Part shown: positions 10,025 to 18,726 of the stretch, one piece after another
How the letters are laid out: every line of letters begins with the position of its first letter
How positions within the stretch are numbered: position 1 is the first letter of the stretch
Assembly (NCBI GenBank): GCA_034432595.1
Contig: DAOUBT010000015.1
Coordinates: 5,800 to 69,799, forward strand
DNA from: Anaerolineae bacterium
GTDB taxonomy: Bacteria; Chloroflexota; Anaerolineae; B4-G1; SLSP01
Reading direction: 5' to 3'
Length of the DNA stretch: 64,000 nucleotides
Position numbers and translations under genes: made by a program
Notes under the pieces: model-generated
Database searches by the model: none
What the model saw: only the letters and a program-made list of their open reading frames with translations
What the model was told of the DNA's origin: nothing

Positions 10025-11011
10025 ATGAGTGTGGATATTGTTGAAACACGGCATTTGAGCAAACGCTACAGGAAAAACGCCCCCTGGGCTTTAGAGGATT
10101 TAAACCTGCGCGTGCCTCAGGGCGCTTTGTTTGGCTTCATCGGCCCCAACGGCGCGGGTAAGACCACGACCCTGCGCCTTCTGGCCGGCTTGCTGGAGCC
10201 AACGCAGGGCGAGGTCTGGATTGCCGGACAGGCTGTCCACAAGGACCCGCGCGCCATTCATCACGTGGTCGGCTACATGCCGGATAGCTTCGGCCTCTAC
10301 TACGAGATGACGGCCTGGGAGTACCTGGACTTCTTCGCGCGCTGCCATGCCCTTTCTCCGGCGTATCGCAAGCGCGTGGTGGATGAGCTGCTCGAACTGG
10401 TGGGGCTGAGCCACAAACGCGATGAGGACGTGGGGCACCTTTCGCGCGGGATGCAGCAGCGCCTGTGTCTGGCGCACGCGCTGGTCCACGATCCGCAGGT
10501 GCTCCTGCTGGACGAACCTGCTTCCGGTTTGGATCCGCGGGCGCGCGTGGAGATGCGGGAGCTGTTGCGTGAGCTTTCCGCCATGGGCAAGACAATTATC
10601 CTCAGCTCCCACATTCTGAGCGAGCTGGCGGAGATCTGCAACGAAATCGGCATCATTCAGAAGGGCAAAATCGTCGCCAGCGGGCCGCTGGCCACCTTAC
10701 GCAGCGCGGCGCGCCCCGGTCGCATGGTGCGCCTGCACGTCATTTCCGATCCGGAAGCGGCCCTCGCAGCGCTGAAAGCCTATCCCCATGTGGAAGAGGT
10801 TTATGCTCTGACGAACGGCACGAACGGACAGCACCCCGGCACGTGGCTTGAGGCCTATGTGACCGGCTCCCTGGATGAGGTGGCGGGGTTGCTTGCTCAC
10901 GCGGTGCAAGAAGGCGTGCGCCTCATCGAGTTCCGCGAGGCGGGCAATGAGCTGGAGGAGCTGTTCCTGCAATTGACCACGGATGAGGTTTACGAGGAGG
11001 AAGCGGCATGA
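10025..11011 (+). CDS. ABC transporter ATP-binding protein
   Basis: Walker A GPNGAGKTTTLR, signature LSRGMQQRL and Walker B LLLDEP. Confidence 0.9.
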   Translation: MSVDIVETRHLSKRYRKNAPWALEDLNLRVPQGALFGFIGPNGAGKTTTLRLLAGLLEPTQGEVWIAGQAVHKDPRAIHHVVGYMPDSFGLYYEMTAWEYLDFFARCHALSPAYRKRVVDELLELVGLSHKRDEDVGHLSRGMQQRLCLAHALVHDPQVLLLDEPASGLDPRARVEMRELLRELSAMGKTIILSSHILSELAEICNEIGIIQKGKIVASGPLATLRSAARPGRMVRLHVISDPEAALAALKAYPHVEEVYALTNGTNGQHPGTWLEAYVTGSLDEVAGLLAHAVQEGVRLIEFREAGNELEELFLQLTTDEVYEEEAA

Positions 11012-12477
11012 CGGGCGAGACGCGACGGAAATTCGGCTTGCGGTTGAATCCGGTGATTGTGCGCGAACTGCGCGCGCAGATGCGCGGCCCGCGCGCTTTT
11101 CTCATCATCACCGCCTATTTGCTGGCGTTGAGTGGCCTGACGTATGGGATTTATCGCCTTACCTCTACGACGCTGGCGCAGAACTACGGCTACGCTTCTG
11201 CCGTGCAGAGCGCTATGATTGGTAAGCTGCTCTTCATTGTGCTGGCTTATCTTGACCTGCTGCTGATTTGTTTTGTCACACCGGCGCTGACCGCGGGGGC
11301 GTTGAGCGGCGAGCATGAGCGTGGAACGTATGATTTGCTGGTCGCGACCCCGCTTTCCGCCTCCGCCGTGTTCTGGGGTAAGTTCATCCCGTCCATGACG
11401 TATGCTTTCCTCCTGGTGCTGGCTTCGATTCCCACCTTCAGCATCGCGTTTCTGTTCGGCGGCGTGACGATTAAGGACATGGTGCAGGTGATCGTCATCC
11501 TCACCCTTTCCGCGGTGATGTTGGGGGCTATGACATTGTGGCTTTCGAGCGCGGTGCGCCGTACCGGGCGCGCTACCGTGGTGGCTTACATCATGGTGGT
11601 GCTGCTCCTGTTTGGGACGATGTTCATCTGGGCATTGCAGGCCTTGCAGGCGAATCGTAACACCGGCTCACCTTACACCTTTACGCCTTACGTGCTTTAT
11701 CTGAATCCGCTCAGTGCTTTAGGCTCGGCGATTTTGGGATTTGGCCTGGGGGACATGTATTACGGTTTCCCCTTCAGCCTGTTCACTTCGGCGGGGCCGT
11801 TCAACATGCAGTACGCGGTTGGGATGAAGCGCCCCTTGTGGCAATACACCATGGCGCTTTACGTGATGTTCACCCTGGTGTTCTACCTGCTGGCGACGCA
11901 GACCATTAAACCCATCCGACGCTGGCGTTTTTCGCGGCGTGAGCTGGGACAGGTGGCGCTGGTGCTGATCGCCGTGGCGGGATTGGGTTACGTCACGTTC
12001 GGCACCACCTGGGCTTCGACGGGGGCGGCTCAAGGTGGGGTGCCGACGCTCACGCCTGTGCCTGTCTGGCGCGAGGAGCCGGTGGAGGTTGTACCGCCTC
12101 CCCTGCCGGTGGAAAATTCCGCCGATCCCGATGAGGCTCAGGCGGTTCTGGAATCGTTTTTGGCCGCCAAACTCTTTCCCGATCAGTCGGCGCTGTGTCG
12201 TTTTTCCATCTTTTTGGGTACGTATGCAGATACCCAGGTCGAATTAGAGGGCGCGATATTGTGCGCTTCTTTCTCGGTGAGCACGGATGGCGAGGTGAAC
12301 ATCGAAGCCGAGGAACGGCACGAAGTGAAAGCCATGTTGCTGTGGGATGGCACGCAGTGGACACTGGCCGAATCCACGTTGGATGGGACCGATCCTGGGA
12401 GCTTGAATGTGGATTGGGACACGCTGCGGCGCGAGCTGGAGGAAAAGGCTAAGGCAACCTTCATCGCTTCTCCGTAA
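11008..12477 (+). CDS. ABC-2 family transporter permease with C-terminal extracytoplasmic domain
   Basis: ATGA start-stop overlap with the ATPase gene. 6 TM segments, an ABC-2 motif SGEHERGTYDLLVATP and a ~160-aa soluble C-terminal extension. Confidence 0.8.
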   Translation: MTGETRRKFGLRLNPVIVRELRAQMRGPRAFLIITAYLLALSGLTYGIYRLTSTTLAQNYGYASAVQSAMIGKLLFIVLAYLDLLLICFVTPALTAGALSGEHERGTYDLLVATPLSASAVFWGKFIPSMTYAFLLVLASIPTFSIAFLFGGVTIKDMVQVIVILTLSAVMLGAMTLWLSSAVRRTGRATVVAYIMVVLLLFGTMFIWALQALQANRNTGSPYTFTPYVLYLNPLSALGSAILGFGLGDMYYGFPFSLFTSAGPFNMQYAVGMKRPLWQYTMALYVMFTLVFYLLATQTIKPIRRWRFSRRELGQVALVLIAVAGLGYVTFGTTWASTGAAQGGVPTLTPVPVWREEPVEVVPPPLPVENSADPDEAQAVLESFLAAKLFPDQSALCRFSIFLGTYADTQVELEGAILCASFSVSTDGEVNIEAEERHEVKAMLLWDGTQWTLAESTLDGTDPGSLNVDWDTLRRELEEKAKATFIASP

Positions 12478-12826
12478 ACTGGCATCCATGGAACTCAAGC
12501 TTATCAAGCTTAAGAAAATGAGCGTCGTTTGGCGCTGAAAACATCGGGCAAAGAGGGCAGGTCAAGACGACTGCGAACCCCGCCGAAGCGGGGCGGGCGG
12601 CTTTCTCGACCAGACCGATCGGCATGATAGGGTGCACGGCGCTACCCTGTTGACTCTTGCTGGAGCAGGATAAGCGGTCCTGATCGCTTTCGTGTTTACA
12701 GTCGTGGCTGATGCAGGCCGGGCTTGAGCTTATCCTGACCCTGGCTCTGGAACTTTCCCCAGCGCGCGGGCGTCTTGAAAGCGCAGGCCACATCCGTGGC
12801 CCAGCGCGTGGTTAAAGAGGTGCGTG

Positions 12827-14503
12827 ATGACACAGATGAACGATTTTGTGCGGGCTTTACGTCCTTTTGGGCGGCGCTTGCGCTGGCGCGACGCGCAGGA
12901 GCGCTTCCTGGCTCAGGCCTGGATAGCGCTGCTGGTGGTGAGCGCGGTGCTCGTGGTGAGCCGGCTGACGCCGCTTCCCAACTACCGCCTGTGGGCCTGG
13001 CTGCCTGCCGCTACCTGGCTGATGGGGTTGCTGGCTTACAGCGCCGTGCGCGCTTTGCCCCCGCTCCACGTGGCGCGTCGTCTCGATGCGGAGCTGGGCT
13101 TGCGTGACCGCCTCGCCACCGCGTTGGATTTGCTGCGTCGTCCCGATGCGCCGCAACGTTTTGACCCCGACTTGTTGCAGCGGCAGCTCCACAGCGCGTG
13201 GGAAACGCTGCGCGCGCTGCATCCGCGCCTGGCCCTGCCTTTTAGCTGGCCGCGCCGCGCGTTGCTCGCCATCACGGTGCTGGCTGTGGCTGCTCTGGCG
13301 TTAACCGTGCTGCCCAATCCGCAGGATGCGGTCCTGCGCGAGCGCGCGGCCATCGCGCAAGCGGCGCAGCAACAGGCGGCTGAACTGGAGCGGCTGGCGC
13401 AGGAGCTGGAGAAAGAGACCACCCTCGACCCGGCTCAGCGCGAGGCCTTGCAACGTCAATTGCGCGAGATTGCCGAGCGCCTGCGCCGCAATCCCGGCGA
13501 CCGCGAGGAAGCGCTGGCTGATTTAGCGCGCCTGCAGGAGGAGTTGCGGCAGCGCCTCGATCCGCAGGCCGCGGCGCAGCGCAATGCCTTGCAGCAGTTG
13601 GCCCAGTCCCTGGCGAGCCTCAATCAGCAGGAAAATACTCCTGAGCTGGATGAGCTGGCCAAACTTCTCGATGAGGCGCTCAAAAATCTGGATAGCATGA
13701 CGCCGGAGGAACGTGAAGGGCTGGCACAGGCGCTGGAACAGGCCGCGGCGCAGCTCGCGGGCACCAATCCCGACCTGGCCTCAGCCTTGAGTCAACTGGC
13801 GCAGCAGGTGCGTTCCGGCGCCGTCAGCGCGGATGCCCAGCAGAACGCGAGCGAAGCGCTGCAAGAGGCGGCGGAATCTCTGGCCCTGCAGCAGGCTCTG
13901 GGTGAGGCGCTCAATACGGCTCAACAGGCCGCGCAGACGATGGCGCAGGCCGGACAAGGACAGCAGCAGGCCAGCGCGGGGCAGGGTCAACAGCCCGGTC
14001 AGGGGCAGCAACCCGGCCAGGGACAGCAACCCGGTCAGGGGCAGCAACCCGGCCAGGGTCAAGGTCAGGGCCAGGGGCAAGGTCAGGGCCAGGGGCAAGG
14101 TCAGGGCCAGGGTCAAGGTCAGGGACAGGGACAGCAGGCGGGCGGCGGTGGCGGCACGAGCGCGCGCACCCTGCCGCCGGCGGTGCGCACCGGACGCGCG
14201 GGCACGCCGGTCAATCCCAACCGCGATTATCAGACCGGCAATCTGGATTCGGTTTTTGCGCCCGTGCAGCAGGGACAGCCCGGCGACCCGGATTTCATCC
14301 CCGGACGCCAGACCGGGCAGGGACAGGACGTGACGCATCAGAATCAGACGCCGCTACCCGGCGCGCTGGGCGCAGCGCGCGTCCCTTACAGCGAGGTTTA
14401 CGCGAGCTACATCGCTGCGGCGGCCAATCAACTCAATCGTGAGTACGTCCCCGCGGGGCTGAAGGCGTACATTCAACAGTACTTCACGACGTTGGAGCCG
14501 TAG
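12827..14503 (+). CDS. Membrane-anchored coiled-coil protein with GQ/GQGQQP low-complexity region (first gene of Bat/MoxR cluster)
   Basis: Two N-terminal TM helices, a long Ala/Gln/Leu/Glu-rich predicted coiled coil and a (GQGQQP)4(GQ)14 stretch. Directly upstream of moxR-DUF58-batA-batB. Confidence 0.6.
   Translation: MTQMNDFVRALRPFGRRLRWRDAQERFLAQAWIALLVVSAVLVVSRLTPLPNYRLWAWLPAATWLMGLLAYSAVRALPPLHVARRLDAELGLRDRLATALDLLRRPDAPQRFDPDLLQRQLHSAWETLRALHPRLALPFSWPRRALLAITVLAVAALALTVLPNPQDAVLRERAAIAQAAQQQAAELERLAQELEKETTLDPAQREALQRQLREIAERLRRNPGDREEALADLARLQEELRQRLDPQAAAQRNALQQLAQSLASLNQQENTPELDELAKLLDEALKNLDSMTPEEREGLAQALEQAAAQLAGTNPDLASALSQLAQQVRSGAVSADAQQNASEALQEAAESLALQQALGEALNTAQQAAQTMAQAGQGQQQASAGQGQQPGQGQQPGQGQQPGQGQQPGQGQGQGQGQGQGQGQGQGQGQGQGQGQQAGGGGGTSARTLPPAVRTGRAGTPVNPNRDYQTGNLDSVFAPVQQGQPGDPDFIPGRQTGQGQDVTHQNQTPLPGALGAARVPYSEVYASYIAAAANQLNREYVPAGLKAYIQQYFTTLEP
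13975..14140 (+). repeat. In-frame tandem nucleotide repeats (18-bp x4, 6-bp x~14) encoding GQGQQP/GQ linker
   Basis: Tandem cagggtcaacagcccggt-type units followed by caggg(c/t)caa-type hexamers. Confidence 0.7.
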
Positions 14504-14517
14504 CGGGAGCAGAAAGC

Positions 14518-14690
14518 AGGATACTGGAAGCTGGATGCTGGAAATTGGAAGCTGGATACTGTTCAACCTGTCCGGGTTACGGTACGCCATTCAAGTGGGA
14601 TAGGGGTGGGCGAAGGCCATGCCTTTGCCCACCTGCCGTGGGTTGAAATCATCGGATACCCTATCCGGGCTGGCGGTTAAAATCGCGCCA
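14518..14690 (+). repeat. Composite intergenic repeat copy B: decamer tandem repeats (14518-14562) + palindrome (14603-14633) + conserved module (14641-14690)
   Basis: Tandem ggatactggaagctggatgctggaaattggaagctggatactg, palindrome ggggtgggcgaaggccatgcctttgcccacc, module ggttgaaatcatcggataccctatccgggctggcggttaaaatcgcgcca. Confidence 0.7.
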
Positions 14691-14877
14691 GAGACGATGG
14701 CCATCGCTGCCCTGATGCTGGTGGTTGGCCGTTACGCTTAAACGTCATGAGTCTGACCGGAAAGGTCGGTTGCTCCGGTCTTTGCTGAAGCGCGGAGCAG
14801 GCGGCCCTGGCCGTCTGTAAAGCTTCTTCGTCATCATAACTTGCCGGTTCACCGGCGAGGAGCACAAGGGGGAATGT

Positions 14878-15861
14878 ATGCCAGATTTGACTGCCGAACG
14901 TTTTGCCGACTATGCGCACGCTATCGAGACCGAGGTGAGCAAGCTTATCGTCGGTCAGCGCGAGCTGATTCGTAACACGCTTATCACTTTGCTGGCGGGC
15001 GGGAACGCCCTGCTGGAGGGCGTGCCCGGCCTGGGTAAAACGATGCTCGTGCGCAGCATGGCGCGCGCCGTGAATTGTCAGTTCAGCCGCATTCAGTTCA
15101 CACCCGACCTGATGCCCGCCGACATTGTCGGGACCAACATCATCGTTGAAGAGGGTGGGGAACGCCGCTTCCGCTTCGAGCCGGGGCCGATTTTCGCCAA
15201 TTTGATTCTGGCCGACGAAATCAACCGCGCCACGCCCAAGACCCAATCGGCCATGCTGGAGGCGATGCAGGAGCACAGCGTCACCGTCGCCAAACAGACG
15301 CGCCGCCTGCCGGAGCCGTTCTTCGTCCTGGCCACGCAGAACCCGCTCGAAATGGAAGGCACTTACCCGTTGCCCGAAGCGCAGCTCGACCGCTTCTTCT
15401 TCAAGCTCAACGTTGAGTATCCGTCCGTGGAGGAGTTGGTGGAGATTGCTGACCGCACCACGGGCGTGACGACGCCTGAACCTCAGTCGGTGGTGGACGG
15501 GGAAACGATTATCGCCATGCAGACCCTGGCGCGCGGCGTGCCCATTGCTCGCCACATCACCGAGGCGGCGGCGCGCCTGATCCGCGCCACGCAGCCTTAC
15601 GACGCCAGCGCCCCCGCCGTGGTCAAGCGCTACGTCAACTACGGCGCCAGTCCGCGCGGTATGCAGGCGCTGATTCTGGCGGGCAAGATTATCGCCCTGC
15701 TCGACGGACGCTATAACGTGGCTTTGGACGATCTGCGCGCGGCGGCTTTGCCCGCCTTGCGCCACCGCCTCATCCTCAACTTCGAGGCTCAGGCGGAGGG
15801 TATCACCACCGATACGATTGTGCAAGAGCTGGTGGAAGCCGTTCTCGTGCCCGTGAAGTAA
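14878..15861 (+). CDS. moxR: MoxR-family AAA+ ATPase
   Basis: Walker A GVPGLGKT, Walker B ILADEIN(R) and sensor regions typical of MoxR. Confidence 0.9.
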   Translation: MPDLTAERFADYAHAIETEVSKLIVGQRELIRNTLITLLAGGNALLEGVPGLGKTMLVRSMARAVNCQFSRIQFTPDLMPADIVGTNIIVEEGGERRFRFEPGPIFANLILADEINRATPKTQSAMLEAMQEHSVTVAKQTRRLPEPFFVLATQNPLEMEGTYPLPEAQLDRFFFKLNVEYPSVEELVEIADRTTGVTTPEPQSVVDGETIIAMQTLARGVPIARHITEAAARLIRATQPYDASAPAVVKRYVNYGASPRGMQALILAGKIIALLDGRYNVALDDLRAAALPALRHRLILNFEAQAEGITTDTIVQELVEAVLVPVK

Positions 15862-15864
15862 CCT

Positions 15865-16749
15865 ATGCCTGAATTATTGCTCGAACCCGCCTTCCTGGCT
15901 CAACTTGACCGCCTGACGCTGGTGAGCCGACGGCTGCGCGCCGGTCAGATGCAGGCCGAACGGCGCAGCCCCAATCGCGGCAGCAGCGTTGAATTTGCCG
16001 ATTTCCGCACCTACGCGCCCGGCGACGATTTCCGCATGATTGATTGGAACGCCTACGCGCGTCTGGAGAAGCTCTTCCTGAAGCTCTTCGTGGCGGAAGA
16101 AGACCTCACTATCCACATTTTGCTCGATGGTAGCCGCAGCATGGTGTGGGGCGAGCCGCAGAAGTGGCGCTACGCACAGCGGCTGGCTGCCGCTTTGGGC
16201 TACATCGGCCTGGTGAGCATGGACCGCATCACCGGCGCGGCGTTGGGCTGCGCGGGCGAGGCGGTACAGCGTTTCCGTCCCGTGCGCGGCAAGAAACAGG
16301 CGCTATGGTGGTTTTCCTGGCTCGCTTCCCTCAACCCCGGCGCTGCCGTCCACCCGGAGGCGGAGCTGCGTGCCTACGCCGCACAGGCGCCCCGTTCGGG
16401 ACCGCTGCTCGTCATCAGCGACCTGTTAGGCCCCGGCTGGGAGCGCGGCCTGCGCACCCTGGCCGGACAGGGTTTTGAGCTTTCGATTTTGCACCTGCTC
16501 GCGCCGCAGGAGTTGCATCCCGCCCTGGAGGGGGACGTGCGGCTGGTGGATGTGGAAAGTCTCGACGGCGTAGAGATCACCGCCGATTTCGACTTGCTGC
16601 GCCGCTATCAGGAGCGCGTGCAGGCCTGGCGCGAGGGCTGGAGCCGCGAGGCCGCCGCCCTCGGCGCGCATTACGTGCCCATGGTGACCGATTCGGCGCT
16701 GGAGGAGCTGATGCTGGCTTACCTGCGCCGTTACGACGTGGTGAGGTGA
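15865..16749 (+). CDS. DUF58 domain protein (vWA-like, MoxR partner)
   Basis: Hallmark GSSVEFADFRTYAPGDDFRMIDWNAYARLEKLFLKLF...LDGSRSM. Confidence 0.85.
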   Translation: MPELLLEPAFLAQLDRLTLVSRRLRAGQMQAERRSPNRGSSVEFADFRTYAPGDDFRMIDWNAYARLEKLFLKLFVAEEDLTIHILLDGSRSMVWGEPQKWRYAQRLAAALGYIGLVSMDRITGAALGCAGEAVQRFRPVRGKKQALWWFSWLASLNPGAAVHPEAELRAYAAQAPRSGPLLVISDLLGPGWERGLRTLAGQGFELSILHLLAPQELHPALEGDVRLVDVESLDGVEITADFDLLRRYQERVQAWREGWSREAAALGAHYVPMVTDSALEELMLAYLRRYDVVR

Positions 16750-16752
16750 CGC

Positions 16753-18726
16753 ATGAATTTCTTGACGCCCGCAGCGTTTGCGCTCTCCGCTCTGCTGCCC
16801 GTTATCCTGGCGCTGTATTTTCTCAAACTGCGGCGGGAAGAAGTCACGATTTCCAGCACCTATCTCTGGCAGGAGCTGGTGCGCGACACGGCAGCCAATG
16901 CGCCGTGGCAGCGCCTGCGCGTGAGCTGGTTGCTCGTGCTGCAGTTGCTCTTCATCATCGCGCTGATGCTCGCTTTAGCGCGTCCCTTCACCTGGACGCG
17001 CGCCACCACCGGCAACGCGCTTATCCTCGTGTTCGATACGTCTGCCAGCATGGGCGCAACGGATGTGGCGCCCAATCGCCTGAGCGAAGCCGCGCGGCAG
17101 GCGCGCCGCCTCATCGAGGCCCTGCCCGCCGAAGCGCGCGTGACCGTCATCACGGCGGGGGAGACGGCGCAGGTCCTGCTGGCCGGCAGCACCGACCGTG
17201 GCGCGGCTTTCCGCGCGTTGAACACGCTCCAACCCGGCCCCGACGGCGCGGACATGGTGAGCGCGCTGGAGCTGGCAAGTGCCCTGGCGGCGGGGGAGGG
17301 CGATGCGGAAATCGTCATCCTCTCCGATGGCGGGGTGAGCCTGCCGGAGCGCGTGAGCACATCCGCCCCGCTGCGCTATCTTCCCGTTGGCCGCAGCGCA
17401 GAAAATCAGGCGATTGCTGCGCTGGCTTTGACGTTGGAAAACGCCGGTCAGAACGTCAATGCTTTTGTGCGCGTGAGCAATGAGGGCGCGGCCAATGTGA
17501 CGCGCCGCCTCACCCTCACCGCCTACACCGTCTGCCTCCCGCCCGCCTGTCAGGGGCAACTGGTAGCCGTGCGCGACCTGAACCTGCCCGCGGGTGAATC
17601 ACGTAGCCTCAATCTCAACGACCTGCCTCCAGAGACGCTGGCCGTGCAGGCGCGCCTGGAAGGGACTGACGACCTGGCGCTCGACGACGTGGCCTGGGCG
17701 GTGACGCCGGTCATTGCCGGCGCGCAGGTGCAGATTGTGGGACCGGGCAACCGCTTCCTGGAGGCGGCGCTGGGTCTCCTCCCCGGCGTGGACATGACGC
17801 GCATCACCTTAGACGAGTACGAACGCACCTGGAGCGCGGAGGCCATCACCCAAACCGAGGTGAGCGCCACCTGGCTGACCATTTTTGACGGTGTGCTGCC
17901 GCAACCGGGCCACTATCCGGCGGGCGCGCTGGCTTTCATCGCGCCGGTCCGTTCCACGGAGTTCTTCTCCGTGACCGGCGAGTTGACCCTGCCCACGCCC
18001 GTGCCCGCCAGTTCCGCGGAGCCGCTGCTGCGCTACGTGGACTTGAGCGACGTGGTCATCGCGCGCGCGGCGCGCATTCCCCTGCCCGCGTGGGGACGGC
18101 CCGTCATTGTCGCCGATAAGGCCGGCGATGGCGCGGCCCCGCTTCTCACCGTGGGCGAAATCGGCGGGCGGCGGCTGGCCGTCTTCGCCTTCGACCCGCG
18201 CGAGTCGGATTTGCCGTTGCGCGTCGCTTATCCGCTGTTGTGGGCGCACCTGGTGGAGTATTTAGCGCCGGGCAGCGGCAGTCTCCTGCCCGCGGCGCAG
18301 CCCGTGGGGCAGCCCCTGGAGATTCCCTTGCCCCCACAGGCACAGGCGCTGCGCGTCCTCACCCCGGCGGGCGAGCGCGTGCGCCTCACGGCGACCCCGG
18401 AGCAGGCGCGGGTCCTCTTCGACCAGACGCAAGATTTTGGCCTGTACGAGGTGCAGTGGGAGGATGAGAAGGGGGATGCGTACCTGTTGGGCCGCTTTGC
18501 GGTAACGCCCTACAGCGCGCAGGAAGCGGCGATTGCGCCCCGCGCCGAGCTGCCTCTGGGCGCGGGCGGCGGGCAGGCGGTGGTTTCCGAGCAGCCCGTC
18601 CCGCGCGAGTGGTGGCGTCCCGTGGCCTGGGCCGCGCTCGCCCTGCTGGTGGCGGAGTGGCTATTGCAGTATCGTGGCCATATCGCGTTGCTGTGGAGCG
18701 CGTTACAGGGGAGGGAGGCGCGATGA
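16753..18726 (+). CDS. BatA-like protein: aerotolerance-regulator N-terminal double-TM domain + vWA domain
   Basis: N-terminal LLPVILALYFLKLRRE motif and a vWA MIDAS region LILVFDTSASMGATD. Confidence 0.8.
   Translation: MNFLTPAAFALSALLPVILALYFLKLRREEVTISSTYLWQELVRDTAANAPWQRLRVSWLLVLQLLFIIALMLALARPFTWTRATTGNALILVFDTSASMGATDVAPNRLSEAARQARRLIEALPAEARVTVITAGETAQVLLAGSTDRGAAFRALNTLQPGPDGADMVSALELASALAAGEGDAEIVILSDGGVSLPERVSTSAPLRYLPVGRSAENQAIAALALTLENAGQNVNAFVRVSNEGAANVTRRLTLTAYTVCLPPACQGQLVAVRDLNLPAGESRSLNLNDLPPETLAVQARLEGTDDLALDDVAWAVTPVIAGAQVQIVGPGNRFLEAALGLLPGVDMTRITLDEYERTWSAEAITQTEVSATWLTIFDGVLPQPGHYPAGALAFIAPVRSTEFFSVTGELTLPTPVPASSAEPLLRYVDLSDVVIARAARIPLPAWGRPVIVADKAGDGAAPLLTVGEIGGRRLAVFAFDPRESDLPLRVAYPLLWAHLVEYLAPGSGSLLPAAQPVGQPLEIPLPPQAQALRVLTPAGERVRLTATPEQARVLFDQTQDFGLYEVQWEDEKGDAYLLGRFAVTPYSAQEAAIAPRAELPLGAGGGQAVVSEQPVPREWWRPVAWAALALLVAEWLLQYRGHIALLWSALQGREAR

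Noticed and set aside
12461-12793. 110-aa minus-strand ORF in the intergenic interval upstream of the Bat cluster
   Set aside because: It has a low-complexity, Ser/Arg/Cys-rich sequence with no homolog-like features. The region is better explained as non-coding.
14518-14562. Possibility that the short tandem repeats are a CRISPR array
   Set aside because: The units are ~10 nt with no unique spacers of regular length. No cas genes are nearby, and the repeats are imperfect. This is inconsistent with CRISPR.
14677-15825. 382-aa minus-strand ORF
   Set aside because: It is antisense to moxR, which has unmistakable AAA+ motifs on the plus strand.
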